A stretch of DNA of 60,430 nt, the filler included, from Squatina squatina (Eukaryota): the NCBI GenBank assembly GCA_031763465.1. It is 3 parts of 3 records of this genome, joined end to end, with 100 filler letters (N's around TTAATTAATTAA, not from the genome) between each part and the next. Parts side by side here need not be neighbours in the genome. Positions count along the whole stretch, not along the records: positions 47,388 to 60,430 come from JARFOE010000046.1; 2 more parts are not named here. The stretch is one strand, 5' to 3'. The notes beneath the pieces are model-generated. The model saw nothing but the letters and a program-made list of their open reading frames with translations, ran no database searches and was not told where the DNA came from. Positions 59,801-60,430 of the stretch are shown here, piece by piece. The stretch's first letter is position 1; every line of letters begins with the position of its first letter. The position numbers and the translations under genes were made by a program.

Positions 59801-60430
59801 TAATCTTTTAAGCCGCAATAGAGTGCACAGACACCAACAGCTGTCCAAAACAGCAAATGTATAACGAGAATATTTGTATGAATTCCTTTTTATTGACAAA
59901 TTAAAAATAATATCCTCATGTCAATTATTCTGGATGTAACTATCAAATTTAATTTAGTAAAACTGCCTTAAAGATCCAGAATCTTCAGAAGTATTTGCCA
60001 AATTTTTTTTCACATGTCCAGAAACAAATGATACAACATGAATTATTTTTGCATGTCACGTCATTTGGAAGAACGTAATACACGACTCTTCCAGCTGCCA
60101 CATCCTTTCAAAGGATAAACAAAAGTTTGCTCAACATCTTTTTAGGAAAATAATCCCCCTTTAATAATGAACTTAAACTTTGAATTTACTTCATTTTTAC
60201 AGCCTCAAAAGTCCCCATTTTCTACTCATTCAGGAGCTTCAACAGCAACCGCTCCAGTGTTTACAAAGGTAAATGAGAGAGGATACATTCATCTAGACAT
60301 TAATGCTTTGCCACTCACACCACTCTTTTCATGGAATTTTCCATTGCTGGGACATCTCTACCCAATCCAAAAATATAATGGCTAATGTATTCCTGTCTCC
60401 AGAAGCACCTTTTCATATTTTGTTAGTATT

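Overview
Vertebrate genomic DNA, most likely a shark or other cartilaginous fish (inferred from its CR1, L2, Penelope and DeuSINE repeat families and from protein divergence). The assembly is very fragmented, with many 10-N and 100-N gaps. Two artificial 100-bp linkers (44 N + TTAATTAATTAA + 44 N, at 22948-23047 and 47288-47387) split the window into three independent scaffolds. Scaffold A (1-22947) holds the last two exons of a HES7-like bHLH-Orange gene ending WRPWP, one SRRT/ARS2 exon, an unidentified proline-rich exon, several satellites and a decayed viral F-type fusion-glycoprotein (env-like) fragment. Scaffold B (23048-47287) holds four LRRCC1 exons, five E2F5 exons (with a U12 AT-AC intron) and the first two coding exons of a PSKH kinase, probably PSKH2. 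Scaffold C (47388-60430) holds one KLHL3 exon, an orphan LRR-type terminal exon and an intact intronless NPY receptor Y6. Most remaining sequence is degraded LINE, SINE or MITE. The best candidate for novelty is the env-like fragment at 22376-22817, which resembles paramyxovirus-F-related (lokiretrovirus-type) envelopes. I see no evidence of a complete undescribed multi-gene system. Gene names rest on recalled protein sequences, not database searches, and repeat boundaries are approximate.
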